A DNA stretch of 64,000 nucleotides from the human T2T-CHM13v2.0 reference genome, Homo sapiens, in NCBI RefSeq assembly GCF_009914755.1, contig NC_060945.1; one strand, 5' to 3'. The notes beneath the pieces are model-generated. The model was not told the DNA's origin and made no database searches. It saw only the letters and a list, made by a program, of their open reading frames with translations. Shown here piece by piece: positions 11,601 to 24,450 of this stretch. The translations under genes were made by a program, and so were the position numbers. Each line of letters opens with the position of its first letter. Within the stretch, counting starts at the first letter, position 1.

Positions 11601-14600
11601 ATAGCAGTTTTGAAACAGTCTTTTTGTAGAATCTGTGTGTGATTATTTGGAGCCCATTGTGGCCAATGGTGGAAAAAGAAATATCTTCCTCTAAAAACTA
11701 CAGAAACATTCTGAGAAACTTCCTTGTGATGTATACATTCAGCTCACAGAGTTGAACCTTTCATTTGATTGAGTAGTTTTGAAACACTCTTTTTGTAGAA
11801 TCTGCAATTGGAAATTTGGAGTGTTTTATCGCCTAATGTGGAAAAGGTAACATCTTCACATACAAACTACACAGAAGGATTCTGAGACACTTCTTTGTTT
11901 TGTGTGCATTTGTGTCACAGGGTTGATCCTTTCTTTAGACTGAGCAGTTTTGAAACACTCTTTTTGTAGAATCTGCAAGTGGTATTTGAGCACGTTGAGG
12001 CCTCTTGTGGAAAAGGAAATATCTTCACATAAAAATTACACAGAAGCATTCTGAGAAACTTCTTTGTGATGTGTCCATTCCTCTTAGGGTAGAACCTTTG
12101 TTTTGATTGAGCAGTATTGAGACACTCTTTTTGTAGAATCTGCAATTGGATATTTGGAGCGTTTTGAGTCCTATTGTGGAAAAAGAAATATCTTCCCCTA
12201 AAAACTAAACAGAAGCGTTCTGAAAAACTTCTTAGTGATGTGTGAATTGAACTCACATAGTTGAACCTATCTTTTGATAGAGCAGTTTTGAAACTCTTTT
12301 TGTAGAATCTGCAACTGGATATTTGGAGCCGTTTGTGGCCAATGGTGGAAAAGGAAATATCTTCACATAAAAACTACACAGAAGCATTCTGAGAAACTTT
12401 TTGTGATGTGTGCATTCAATTCACAGTGTTGATCCTATCTTTTGATACAGCAGTTTTGAAATTCTCTTTTTGTAGAATCTTCAAGTAGATATCTGAAGCT
12501 ATTTTTGGCCTAAGGTGGAAAAAAAAATCTTCACATAAAAACTACATAGAAGCATTCTGAGAAACTTTTTTGTGATGTTTGCATTCAACTCACAGTGTTG
12601 AAGCAGTCTCTTGATAGAGCAGTTTTGAAACTCTCTTTTGGTAGAATCTGCAAGTGGATATTTGGAGCCATTTGCACCTATGATGGAAAAGGAAATATCT
12701 TCACACAAAAACCACACAGAAGCATTCTGAGAAACTTCGTTGTGATATGTGCATTCATCTCAAAAATTTGAACGTTTCTTTTGATTGAGCACTTTTGAAA
12801 CACTCTTTGAGTAGAATCTGCAATGGGATATTTGGAGCGCTGTGAGGCCTATGGTGGAAAAGGAAATATCTTCACATAAAAACAACACAGAAGCTTTCTG
12901 AGAAACTTCTTTGTGATGTGTGCATTCAACTCACAGAGTTCAACCTATCTTTTTATAGAGCCGTTTTGGAACTCTCTTTTTGTAGAATCTGTAAGTGGAT
13001 ATTTGGAGCCCTTTGATGCCTATGTTGGAAGAGGAAATATCTTCACATAAAAACTACAGTGAAGCAATCTGAGAAACTTCTTTGTGATGTGAGCATTCAA
13101 CTCAAAGAGTTGAACCTATCTTTTGTTAGAGCAGTTTGGAAACCTCCTTTTTGTAGAATCTGCAAGCGGATATTAAGAGCCCTTTGCAGAGTATAGAGAA
13201 AAAGGAAATATCTTAACAAAAAAACTACACAGGAGCATTCTGAGAAAGTTCTTTGTCGTGTGTGCATTCAACACACAGAGTTGAACATATCTTTTGATAG
13301 GGCAGTTTTGAAGCTCTCTTTTTGTACAATCTGCAAGTGGATATTTGGAGCCCTTTGGGGCCTTTGGTGGAAATGGCAACATCTTCACATAAAAAGCACA
13401 CAGAAGCATTCAGAGAAACTTCTATTATTGTGGGCATTCATCTCACAGAGGTGAAACTCTCTTTTGATTGAGCAGCTTGGAAACACTCTTTTTGTAGAAT
13501 CTGCAAGTAGATATATGAAGCGCTTTGAGGCCTATTGTGGAAAAGGAAATATCTTCACAGAAAAACTACACAGAAGCATTCTGTGAAAATTCTTTGTGAT
13601 GTGTGCATTCATCGCACAGAGTTGCACCTTTCAATTCATTGAGCATTTTTAAAAATCTTTTTGTAGAAGCTGCAAGTGGATACAAGGAGTGCATTGAGGC
13701 CTATGGTGGAAAAGGAAATATCTTCATATAAAAACTTCACAGAAGCATGCTGACAAACTTCTTTGTGATGTGTGCATTCATCTCACAGAGTTGAAACTTT
13801 CATTTCATAGAGCCGTTTTGAAACACTCTTTTTGTAGAATCTGCAAGTGGATATTTTGAGTGCTTTGAGGTCTATGGTGGAAAAGGAAATATCTTCATAT
13901 AAACACTATGCAGAAACATTCTGAGAAACTTCTTTGTGATGTGTGCACTCATCTCATAGTGTTGAACCTATCTTTTTATATAGCAGTTTTGAAACTCTTT
14001 TTGTAGAATCTGCAAGAGGATATTTGTAGCCCTTTGCTGCCTATTGTAGAAAAGGAAATATCTTCTCATAAACATTACACAGAAGCATTCTGAGAAACTT
14101 CTGTCTGATGTGTGCATTCAGCTCACAGAGTTGAACCTATCTTTTCATAGAGCAGTTTTGAAACTCTCTTTTTGTAGAATCTGCAAGTGGATGTTTGGAG
14201 CCCTTTGCGGCCTGTTGTAGAATAGAAAATATCTTCACATCAAAACTGCACAGAAGCATTCTGAGAAACTTCTTTGTGATGTGTGCATTCAACTCACAGA
14301 GTTGAATCTTTCAGTTGATTGAGCAGTTTTGAAACACTCTTTTTGTAGAATCTGCAATTGGATATTTGGAGTGCGTTGAGGCCTATTGTGGAAAAGGGAA
14401 TAATTTCTCATAAAAGGTACACAGAAGCTTTCTCAGAAAGCTCTTTGTTTTGAGTGCAGTCATCTCACAGACTTGAAATTTCTTTTCATTGAGCAGTTTT
14501 GAAACACTCTTTTTGTATAATCTGCACGTGGATATTTGGAGCACTTTGAGGCCTATGGTGGAAAAGGAAATATCTTCACATAAAAACTACACAGAAGCAT

Positions 14601-15709
14601 TCTGAGAAAATACTTTGTGATGTGTGCATTCATATCACAGAGTTGAACCTGTCTTTCGATAGAGCCATGTTGAAATTCTCTTTTTGTACAATCTGCAAGT
14701 GGATATTTGGAGTCCTTTGTTGCCTGCTGTGGAAAAGGAAATACATTCTCTTAAAAGCTGCAGAGAAGCATTCCGGGAACATTCTTTGTGATGTGTGCAT
14801 TGATTTCACAGAGTTGAAGCTTTCTTTTGATTGAGTAGTTTTGAAACACTGTTTTCGTAGAATCTGCAAGTGGATATTTAGAGCGTTTTGAGGCCTATGG
14901 AGGAAAAGGACATATCTTCACATAGAAACTACCCAGAAGCATTCTGTGAAACTTCTTTGTGATGTTTGCATTCAACTCGCAGAGTTGAACCTATCTTTTG
15001 ATAGAGCAGTTTGGAAACTCTCTTTTTATAGAATCTGCATGTGGTTATTTTGAGACATTTGTGGCCGATGGTGGAAAAGGAAATATCTTTCCCTAAAAAT
15101 TACAGAGAAGCATTCTGAGAAACTTCTTTGTTATGTGTGCATTCATCTCACAGAGCTGAACTTTTCATTTGATTGGGCAGTTCTGAAACACTCTTTTTGT
15201 AAAATCTGCAATTGGATATTTGGAGCACTTTGAGACCTATTGTGGAAAAGGAAATATCTTCATATAAAAACTACACAGAAGCCTTCTCAGAAACGTCTTT
15301 GTGATGTGTGCATTCATCTCACAGTGTTGAACCTTTATTTTGATTTAGCAGTTTGGAAACACTGTTTTAGTAGAATCTGCAGCTGGATATTTGGAGCCCT
15401 CAGAGCCATATTGTGGAAAAGGAAATATCTTCATATAACAACTACACAGAAGCATTCTGAGAAACTTCTTTTTGATGTGAACATTCATCTCACAGAGTTC
15501 AACCTTTCTTTTGATTGAGCATTTTGAAACTCTCTTTTTGTAGAATCTGCAAGTGGATAATTGGAGTGCTTTGAGGCCTATGATGGAAAAGTAAATATCT
15601 TCTCATAAAAACTACACAGAAGCATTATGAGAAACTTCTTTGTGATGTGTGCATTCATCTCACAGAGTTGAACCTATCTTGTGATACAGCAGTTTTGAAA
15701 CTTTCTTTT
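5617..15709 (+). repeat. Diverged alpha satellite, forward; alternating-dimer type to ~7200, then monomeric actacacagaag (M1/SF4-like) type
   Basis: 171-bp period. Diagnostic change from aaatctagacagaagcaatc / aaaactagacagaagaattc with ggacatttgg to aaaactacacagaagcattc with ggatatttgg at ~7200-7270. Confidence 0.97.
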
Positions 15710-16395
15710 TTTTATTATACTTTAAGTTTTAGGGTACATGTGCTCATTGTTCAGGTTTGTCACACAAGTATACATGTGCCATGCTGGTGCGCTGCACCCA
15801 CTAACTCGTCATCTAGCATTAGGTATATCTCCCAATGCTATCCCTCACCCCTCACCCCACCCCACAACAGTCCCCAGAGTGTGATATTCCCCTTCCTGTG
15901 TCCATGTGATCTCACTGTTCAATTCCCACCTATGAGTGAGAATATGTGGTGTCTGGTTTTTTGTTCTTGCGATAGTTTACTGAGAATGATGATTTCCAAT
16001 TTCATCCATGTCCCTACAAAGGACATGAACTCATTACTTTTTATGGCTGCATAGTATTCCATGGTGTATATGTGCCACATTTTCTTAATCCAGTCTATCA
16101 TTGTTGGACGTTTGGGTTGGTTCCAAGTCTTTGCTATGGTGAATAACGCCACAATAAACATACGTGTGCATGTGTCTTTATAGCAGCATGATTTATATTC
16201 CTTTGGGTATACACCCAGTAATGGGATGACTGGGTCAAATGGTATTTCTAGTTTTAGATCACTGAGGAATCGCCACACTGACTTCCATAATGGTTGAACT
16301 AGTTTACAGTCCCACCAACAGTGTAAAAGTGTTCCTATTTCTCCACATCCTCTCCAGCACCTCTTGTTTCCTGACTTTTTAATGATTGCCATTCT
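15710..16395 (-). mobile_element. 5'-truncated L1 (L1PA2-like), ~0.7 kb
   Basis: Antisense L1 3' UTR (ccatgctggtgcgctgcacccactaactcgtcatctagc) and ORF2 C-terminus ([27 protein letters not shown]...IFSLIGGN); short TSD ttctttt at 15703-15709 and 16392-16398. Confidence 0.95.
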
Positions 16396-19300
16396 TTTGT
16401 AGAATCTGCAAGTGGATAATTTGAACACTTTGAGGCCTAGGATGGAAAAGGAAATATCTTCTCATAAAAACTACACAGAAGCATTCTGAGAAACTCCTTT
16501 GTGATGTGTGCATTCAACTGACAGACTTGAACCTATCTTCTGACAGAGCGGTTTTGAAACTCTTTTTGTAGAATCTGCAATTGGATATATGGAGCCCTTT
16601 GTGGCTTATGGTGGAAAAGGAAATATCTTCACATAAGAACTACACAGAAGCTTTCTGAGAAACTTCTTTTTGATGTGTGGATTCAACTCACGAAGTTGAA
16701 CCTCTCTTTTGATTGAGCAGTTTAGAAACACTCTTCTTAAAGAATCTGCAAGTGGATATATGAATGTTTTGAGGCCTATTGTTCAAAAGGAAATATCTTC
16801 ACATAAAGCTACACAAAAGCATTCTGAGAAACTTCTTTCGGATGTGTGCATTCGTCTCACATATTTGAAACTTTCAATTGATTGAGCAGCGTTGAAACAC
16901 TCTTTTTGTATAATCTGCAAGTGGATATTTGGAGCACTTTGAGTCCTATGTTGGAAAAGGAAATATCTTCACATAAAAACTACACTGAAGCTTTCTGAGA
17001 AAATTTTTGTGAAGTATGCATTCAACTCACAGAGTTGAACGTATCTTTTCATAGAGCAGTCTTGAATCTCTCTTTACACATTATCTGCAAATAGATATTT
17101 GGAGCGCTTTCAGGCCCATAGCTGAAAAGGAAATATCTTCTCATAAAAACTACACATAAGCATTCTGAGAAACATTTTTGTGATGTGTACATTCATCTCA
17201 CGGAGTTGAAACTTTCTTTTGATAGAGTAGTTTTGAAACACTCTTTTTGTAGAATCTGCAGGTGGATATTTGCATCGCACTGAGGCCTATCGTGGAAAAG
17301 GAAATATCTTCCCAAAAAACTACACAGAAGCATTCTCAGAAACTTCTTTGCGATGTGTGCCTTCATCTCACAGGGTTGAAACTTTCTTTTGATTGAGCAG
17401 TTTTGAAACACTCTTTTCATAGAATCTGCAAGTGGATACTTGGAGCATTTTGAGGTCTATGGTGGAAAAGGAAATATCTTCAATTAAAAACCACACAGAA
17501 GCATTCTGAGAAATCAATTTGTGATGTATGCATTCAACTCGCAGAGATTAACCTATCTTTTGATAGAGCAGTCTTGAAACTCTCTTTTTGTAGAATCTGC
17601 AAGTGGTTATTTTGAGCCCTTTTTGGCCAATGGTGAAAAAGGAAATATCTTCACATAAAAACTACACAGAAGCATTCTGAGAAACTACTTTGTGATGTGT
17701 GCATTCATCTCACAGAGTTGAACCTATCTTTTGATAGAGTAGTTTTGAAACACTCTTTTTGTAGAATCTGCAAGTGGATATTTGGAGCCCTTTGTGGCCT
17801 ATAGTGGAAAAGAATATATCTTAACATGAAAACTACAGAGAAGGATTCTGAGAAACTTCTTTGTGATGTGTGCATTCAACTCACAGAGATGAATCTTTCC
17901 TTTGATTGAGCAGTTTTGAAACACTTTTTTTGTAGAATCTGCAAGTGGATATTTTGATTGCTTTGAGGCTTATTGTGGAAAAGGCTATGTCCTTAAGTAA
18001 AAACTACACAGAAGCATTCCCAGAAACTTCTTTGTTTTGTGTGCATTCATCTAACAAAGTTGAACCTTTCTTTTGATTGATCAGTTTTGAAACACTCTTT
18101 CTGTAGAATCTGCAAGTGGATATTTGGAACACTTTGAGGACTATGATGGAAAAGTTAATATCTACACATAAAAAATACACAGAAGCATTATAAGAAAGTT
18201 CTTTGTGATGTGTGCATTCAACATTCAGAATTGAACCTATCTTTTGATTGAGCAGTCTTGAAACTCTCTTTTTGTACAATTTGCAAGTGGATATTTGGAT
18301 TCCTTTGCGGCCTATGGTGGAAAAGGAAATATCTTAACATAAAAACTAGACAGAAGCATTCGGAGAAACTTCTTTGTGATGTTTGCATTCAACTCACAGA
18401 GTTGAACCTGTCTTTTGATAGAGCAGTTTTGAAACTTTCTTTTTGTGGAAACTGCAAGTCGATATTTGGGGCACTTTGCGGCCTATTGTGGAAAAGGAAA
18501 TGTCTTCACATAAAAACTACACAGAAGCATTCTGAGAAACCTCTTTGTGATGTGTGCATTCAACTCACAGAGTTGAACATATCTTTTAATAGAGCAGCTT
18601 TGAAACTCTCTTTTTGTAGAATCTGCAAGTGGATATTTGGATTCCTTTGCAGCCTATGGTGGAAAAGGAAATATCTTAACATAAAAACTACACAGAAAGA
18701 TTCTGAGAAACTTCTTCGTGATGTTTGCATTCAACTCACAGAGTTGAACCTGTCTTTTGATAGAGCAGTTTTGAAACTTTCTTTTTGTGGAAACTGCAAG
18801 TCGATATTTGGAGCACTTTGTGGCCTATTGTGGAAAAGGAAATATCTTAACATAAAAACTACACAGAAGAATTCTGAGAAACTTCTTTGCGATGTGTGCC
18901 TTCATTTCACAGAGATGAACCGTTCATTTGATTGAGCAGTTTTGAAACTCTCTTTTTGTAGAATCTGCAAGTGGATATTTGGAGCCCTTTGCAGCCTATG
19001 GTGGAAACGGAAATATCTTCACATAAAAACTACACAGAAGCATTCTGAGACACTTCTTTGTGATGTGTGCATTCATCTCACAGAGTTGAACCTATCTTTT
19101 GATAGAGCAGTTTTGAAACTCTCTTTTTGTAGAATGTGCAAGTGGGTATTTGGAGCCCTTTGCAGCCTTTTGGGCAAAAGGAAATGTCTTCCAATTAAAA
19201 CTACACAGAAGCATTCTGAGAAACTTCTTTGTCATGTGAACATTCAACTCAAAATATTGAACCTATGTTTTGAGACAGCAGTTTTGAAACACTCTTTGTA

Positions 19301-19896
19301 AGACATCTGCAAGTGGATATTTGAAGTGCTTTGAGGCCTATTGTGGAAAAGGAAATATTTTCACATAAAAACTATAGAGAAGCACTCTGAGAAACTTCTT
19401 TGTGATGTTTGCATTCATATCACATAGTTGAACCTCTCTTTTGATTGAGCAGTTTTGAAACAGTCTTTTTGTAGAACCTGCGGGTGGATATTTGGAGTGC
19501 TTTGAGGACTATTATGGAAAAGGAATTATCTCCACAAAAAAATTACACAGAATCATTGTGAGAAATTTCTTGTGATATGTGCATTCATCTCACAGAATTG
19601 AACCTTTCATTTGATTGCACAGTTTTGACACACTCTTTTTGTAGAAGCTGCAAGTGGATATTTGAAGCGCTTTGAGGCCTATGTTGGAAAATGAACTATC
19701 TTCACATAAAAATTTCACAGAAGAATTCTGAGAAACTTCTTTTTGATGTGTGCATTCAACTGTGAAATTGAACCTATCTTTTGATAGAGCAGTTTTGAAA
19801 CTCTCTTTTTGTAGCATCTGCATGTGTATATTTGGAGCCATTTGCAGCCTAAGGTGGAAAAGGTAATATCTTCACATATAAACTACATAGAAGCAT
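16392..19896 (+). repeat. Diverged monomeric alpha satellite, forward (actacacagaag type)
   Basis: 171-bp period with the same motifs as 7260-15709. Confidence 0.97.
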
Positions 19897-21272
19897 GGTA
19901 CTGATACCAAAACAGAGGTATAGATCAATGGAACAGAATAGGGCCCTCAGAAATAATGCCACATATCTATAACTATCTGCTCTTTGACAAACCTGAGAAA
20001 AACAAGAAATAGGGACAGGATTCCCTATTCAACTAATGGTGCTGGGAAAACTGGCTAGCCATATGTAGAAAGCTGAAACTGGACCTCTTCCTTACACCTT
20101 ATACAAAAATTAATTCAAGATGGATTAAAGATATAAACATTAGACATAAAACCATAAAAACCATAGAAGAAAACGTAGGCATTACAATTCTGGACATATG
20201 CATGGCCAAAGACTTCATGTCTAAAACATCAAAAGCAATGGCAACAAAAGCCAAAATTGACAAATGGGATCTAATTAAATCTGCACAGCAAAATAAACTA
20301 CCAGCAGAGTGAACCGGCAACCTACAAAATGGAGAAAATTTTGGCAACTTACTCATCTGACAAAGGGATAATATCCAGAATCTACAATGAACTCAAACAA
20401 ATTTAGAAGAAAAAATGAACAACCCTATCAAAAAGTGGGCAAAGGACATGAACAGGCACTTCTCAAAAGAAGACATTCATGCAGCCAAAAAACACATGAA
20501 AAAAATGCTCACCATCACTGGCTATCAGAGAAATGCAAATCAAAACCATAATGAGATACCATCTCACACCAGTTAGAATGGCAATCATTAAAATGTCAGG
20601 AAACAACAGGTGCTGGAGAGGATGTGGAGAAATAGGAACACTTTTATACTGTTGGTGGGAATGTAAACTAGTTCAACCATTGTGGAAGTCAATGTGGCGA
20701 TTCCTCAGGGATCTAGAACAAGAAATACCATTTGACTCAGCCATCCCATTACTGGACATATACCCAAAAGACTATAAATCATCCTGCTATAAAGACACAT
20801 GCACACGTATGTTCATTGCGGCACTATGCACAATAGGAAAGACTTGGAACCAACCCAAATGTCCAACAATGATAGACTGGATTAAGAAAATGTGGCACGT
20901 ATACACCATGGAATACTATGCGGCCATAAAAAATGATGAGTTCATGTCCTTTGTAGGAACATGGATGAAATTGGAAATCATCATCCTCAGTAAACTATCG
21001 CAAGAATAAAAAACCAAACACCGCATATTCTCACTTATAGGAGGGAATTGAACAATGAGAACACATGGACACGGGAAGAGGAACATCACACTCTGGGGAC
21101 TGTTGTGGGGTGGGGGGAGAGGTGAGCGATAGCTTCAGGAGATAAACCTAATGCTAAGTGACGAGTTAATGGATGCAGCACACCAATATGGCACATGTAT
21201 ACATATGTAACTAACCTGCAGTTTGGGGAAATGTACCCTAAAATTTAAAGTATAGTAATAATAAAATAAAAA
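19897..21272 (+). mobile_element. 5'-truncated L1 (L1PA3/L1PA4-like), ~1.4 kb
   Basis: ORF2 3' part ([20 protein letters not shown]...), 3' UTR with older-type gagaacacatgg and gagttaatgg, A-rich tail; 17-bp TSD aaactaca(t/c)agaagcat at 19880-19896 and 21273-21289. Confidence 0.95.
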
Positions 21273-24200
21273 AAACTACACAGAAGCATTCTGAGAAATT
21301 TCTTTGTGATGTGGGCATTCATCTCACAGAGTTGAAACTTTCATTTGAATGAGCAGTTTTGAAACAATCTTTTTGTACAATCTGCAAGTGGATATTAGGA
21401 GAGCTTTGAGGCCTATGGTGGAAAAGGAAACATCTTCACATAAAAACTACACAGAAGCATTCTGAGAAACTTCTTTGTGATGCATGCATTCAACTCTTAC
21501 AGTTGAAGCTATCTTTTGATAGAGCAGTTTTGAAACTCACTTTTGTAGAATCTGCATGTGGATAGTTGCAGCGCTTTGAGGACTATGTTGGAAAAGGAAA
21601 TATCTTCACCTAACAACTGCACAGAAGCATTCTGAGAATCTCTGTTGTGATGTGTGCATTCATCTCACAGAGTTGAAACTTTGTTTTCATTGAGCAGTTC
21701 GGAAACACTCTTTTTGCAGAATCTGCAAGTGGATATTTGGAGTGCTTTGAGGCCTATTATGGAAAAGGAAATGTCTTCACATAAATCTACATAGAAGCAT
21801 TCTGAGAAACTTCTGTCTGATGTGTGCATTCATCTCACAGAGTTGAAGCTTTCTTTGGATTTAGCAGTTTTGAAACACTCTCTTTGTAGAATCTGCAGGT
21901 GGATATTTGGAGCTCTTTGAGGCCTATGGTGGAAAAGGAAATATCTTCACACAAAAACTTCACAGAAGCATTCTGAGAAACTTCTTTGTGATGTGTGCAT
22001 TCATCTCACAAGTTAAACTTTTCTTTTGATTGAGCAATTTGGAAACCCTCTTTTTGTTGAATCTGCAAGTGGATATTTGGAGCACTTTGAAGCCTATGGT
22101 GGAAAAGGAACATCTTCATATAAAAACTCTACAGAAGCATTCTGAGAAACTTCTTTGTGGTGTGTGCATTCAACTCACAGAGTTGAACTTACCTTTTGAT
22201 AGAGCAGTTTTGAAACTCTGTGTCGAATCTGCAAGTGGATATTGGGAGCCCTTTGCGTCCTATGGTGGAAAAGGAAATATCTTCACATAAAAACTACACA
22301 GAAGCATTCTGAGAAACTCATTTGTGATGTGTGCATTCATCTCACAGCTGTGAAACTTTCATTCGATTGAGCAGCTTTGAAACCCTCTTTTTGTAGAATC
22401 TGAAAGAGGATATTTGGAGTGCTTTGAGGCCTATTTTGGAAAAGGAAATATCTTCACATAAAAACTTCACAGAAGCATTCTGAGAAACTGCTTTGTGATG
22501 TGCGCATTCCTCTCACAGAGGTGAACCTTCCTTTTTATTCAGCAATTTGGAAACACACTTTTTGTAGAACATTCAATTGGATATTTGGAGTGTTTTGTGG
22601 CCTATTATGGAAAATTAAATATCTTCACATAAAAACTACATAGAAGCATTCAGAGGCATTTCTTTGTGAAGTGTGCATTCAAGTCACAGAGTTGATCCCA
22701 TCTTTTGAATGAGCAGATTTGAAACTCTGTTTCTGTAGAATCTGCAGGTGGATATTTGTTGACCTTTGTGGCCTAAGGTGGAAGAGGAAACATATCCACA
22801 TAAAAACTACACAGAAGCATTCTGACAAACTTCTCTGTTATGTGTTCATTCAACTCACAGTGTTGAACGAATTTTTTGATTGAGCAGTTTTCAATCTCTC
22901 CGTTTGTAGAATGTGGAAGTGGATATTTGGAGCTCTTTGCACCCTGTGTTGAAAAAGGTAATATCTTCAAATAAAAACTACACATAAGCATTCTGAAAAA
23001 CTTCTTTGTGTTAAGTGCATTCATCACACAGAGTTGAAAGTTTCTTTTGATTGAGCAGTTTTGAAACACTCTTTTCGTAGAATCTGGAAGTGGATATTTG
23101 GAGGGCTTTGAGGCCTATTTTGGAAAAGGAAATATCTTAACATAAAAACTGCACAGAATTATTCGGAGAAACTCCTTTGTTATGTATGCATTCAACACAC
23201 AGAGTTGAGCCTATCTTTTGATTGAGCAGTTTTGAATCTCTCTTTTTGCAGAATCTGCAAGTGGATATTTGTATCGCTTTGAGGCCTACTGTGGAAAAGC
23301 AAATATTTTCAAATAAAAATTACACAGAAGCATTATGAGAAACTTTGTTGTGAGGTGTGCATTCAACTCACAGAGTTAAACTCATCTTTTGATTGAGCAG
23401 TTTTGAATCTCTCTTTTTGCAGAATCTGCAAGTGGATATTTGGAGTGCTTTGTGGCCTATTGTGGAAAAGGAAATATCTTCACATAAAAACTACACAGAG
23501 GCATTCTGAGAAACTTCTTTGTGATGTGTGCATTCAACTGACAGAGTTGAACCTATCTTTTGATTGAGCAGTTTTGAATCTCTCTTTTTGTAGAATCTCT
23601 AATTGGATATTTGGAGCAATTTGAGGCCTATTGTGGAAAAGGAAATATCTTCACATAAAAACTACACAGAGGCATTCTGAGAAACTTCTTTGTGATGTGT
23701 GCATTCAACTGACAGATGTGAAACTATCTTTTGATTGAGCAGTTTTAAATCTCTCCTTTTGTAGCAACTGCAGGTGGAATTTTGGAGCCCTTTGCAGCCT
23801 ACGTTGGAAAAGGAAATATCTTCAAATAAAAACTACACAGAATCATTCTGGGAAACATCTTTGTGATGAGTGCATTCATCACAAAGGGTTGAATCTTTCT
23901 ATTGACTGAGTAATTTGGAAACACTTTTTTTGTAGAACCTGGAAGTGAAAATTTGACGGGCTTTGTGGTCTATTTTGGAAAAGAAAATATCTTCAGATAA
24001 AAACTACACAGAAGCTTTCTGGGAAACTTCGTTGTTATGCGTGCATTCAAGTCACAGATTTTAACCATTATTTTGATAGAGCAGTTTTGAAACTCTCTTT
24101 TTGTAGAATCTGCAAGTGGATATTTGGAGGTCTTTGTGGCCTATGTTAGAAAACGAAATACCCTCACATAAAATCTATACAGAAGCTATATGAGAAATTT

Positions 24201-24446
24201 GTTTGTGATGCATGCTTTCTTCTCACAAAGTTGAACCTTTCTTTTGATTGAGCACTTTCAAAACACTCTTTTTGTAGAATCTGCAAGTGGATATTTGGAG
24301 CGCTTTGTGGCCTATGGTAGAAAAGGAAATATCTTCACATAATTTGTAGACAGAAGCAAACTGAGAAACTTCTTTGTGATGTGTGTATTCATCTCACAGA
24401 GTTAAAACTTTCTTTTGATTGAGCAGTTTTGAAACTCTCTCTTTGT
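21273..24446 (+). repeat. Diverged alpha satellite, forward; last two monomers (~24150-24446) return to the dimer-type signature
   Basis: 171-bp period. ttttgaatctctc / cttcaaataaaa subtype at ~22900-24000; aaatctatacagaag and ggtagaaaagg...tagacagaagcaaactg at 24170-24365. Confidence 0.95.
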
Positions 24447-24450
24447 GACA

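Noticed and set aside
23799-23815. CENP-B-box-like ctacgttggaaaaggaa (also ctatggtggaaacggaa near 18995)
   Set aside because: Lacks the essential TTCG....A..CGGG positions; point variants of the pJalpha box. No intact CENP-B box noticed, consistent with an inactive pericentromeric layer rather than an active HOR array.
2370-24446. A perfect palindrome centred on 24447
   Set aside because: Sequences flanking the breakpoint are different alpha types (M1-like on the left, dimeric on the right); collinear arm homology could be traced only for ~1-2370.
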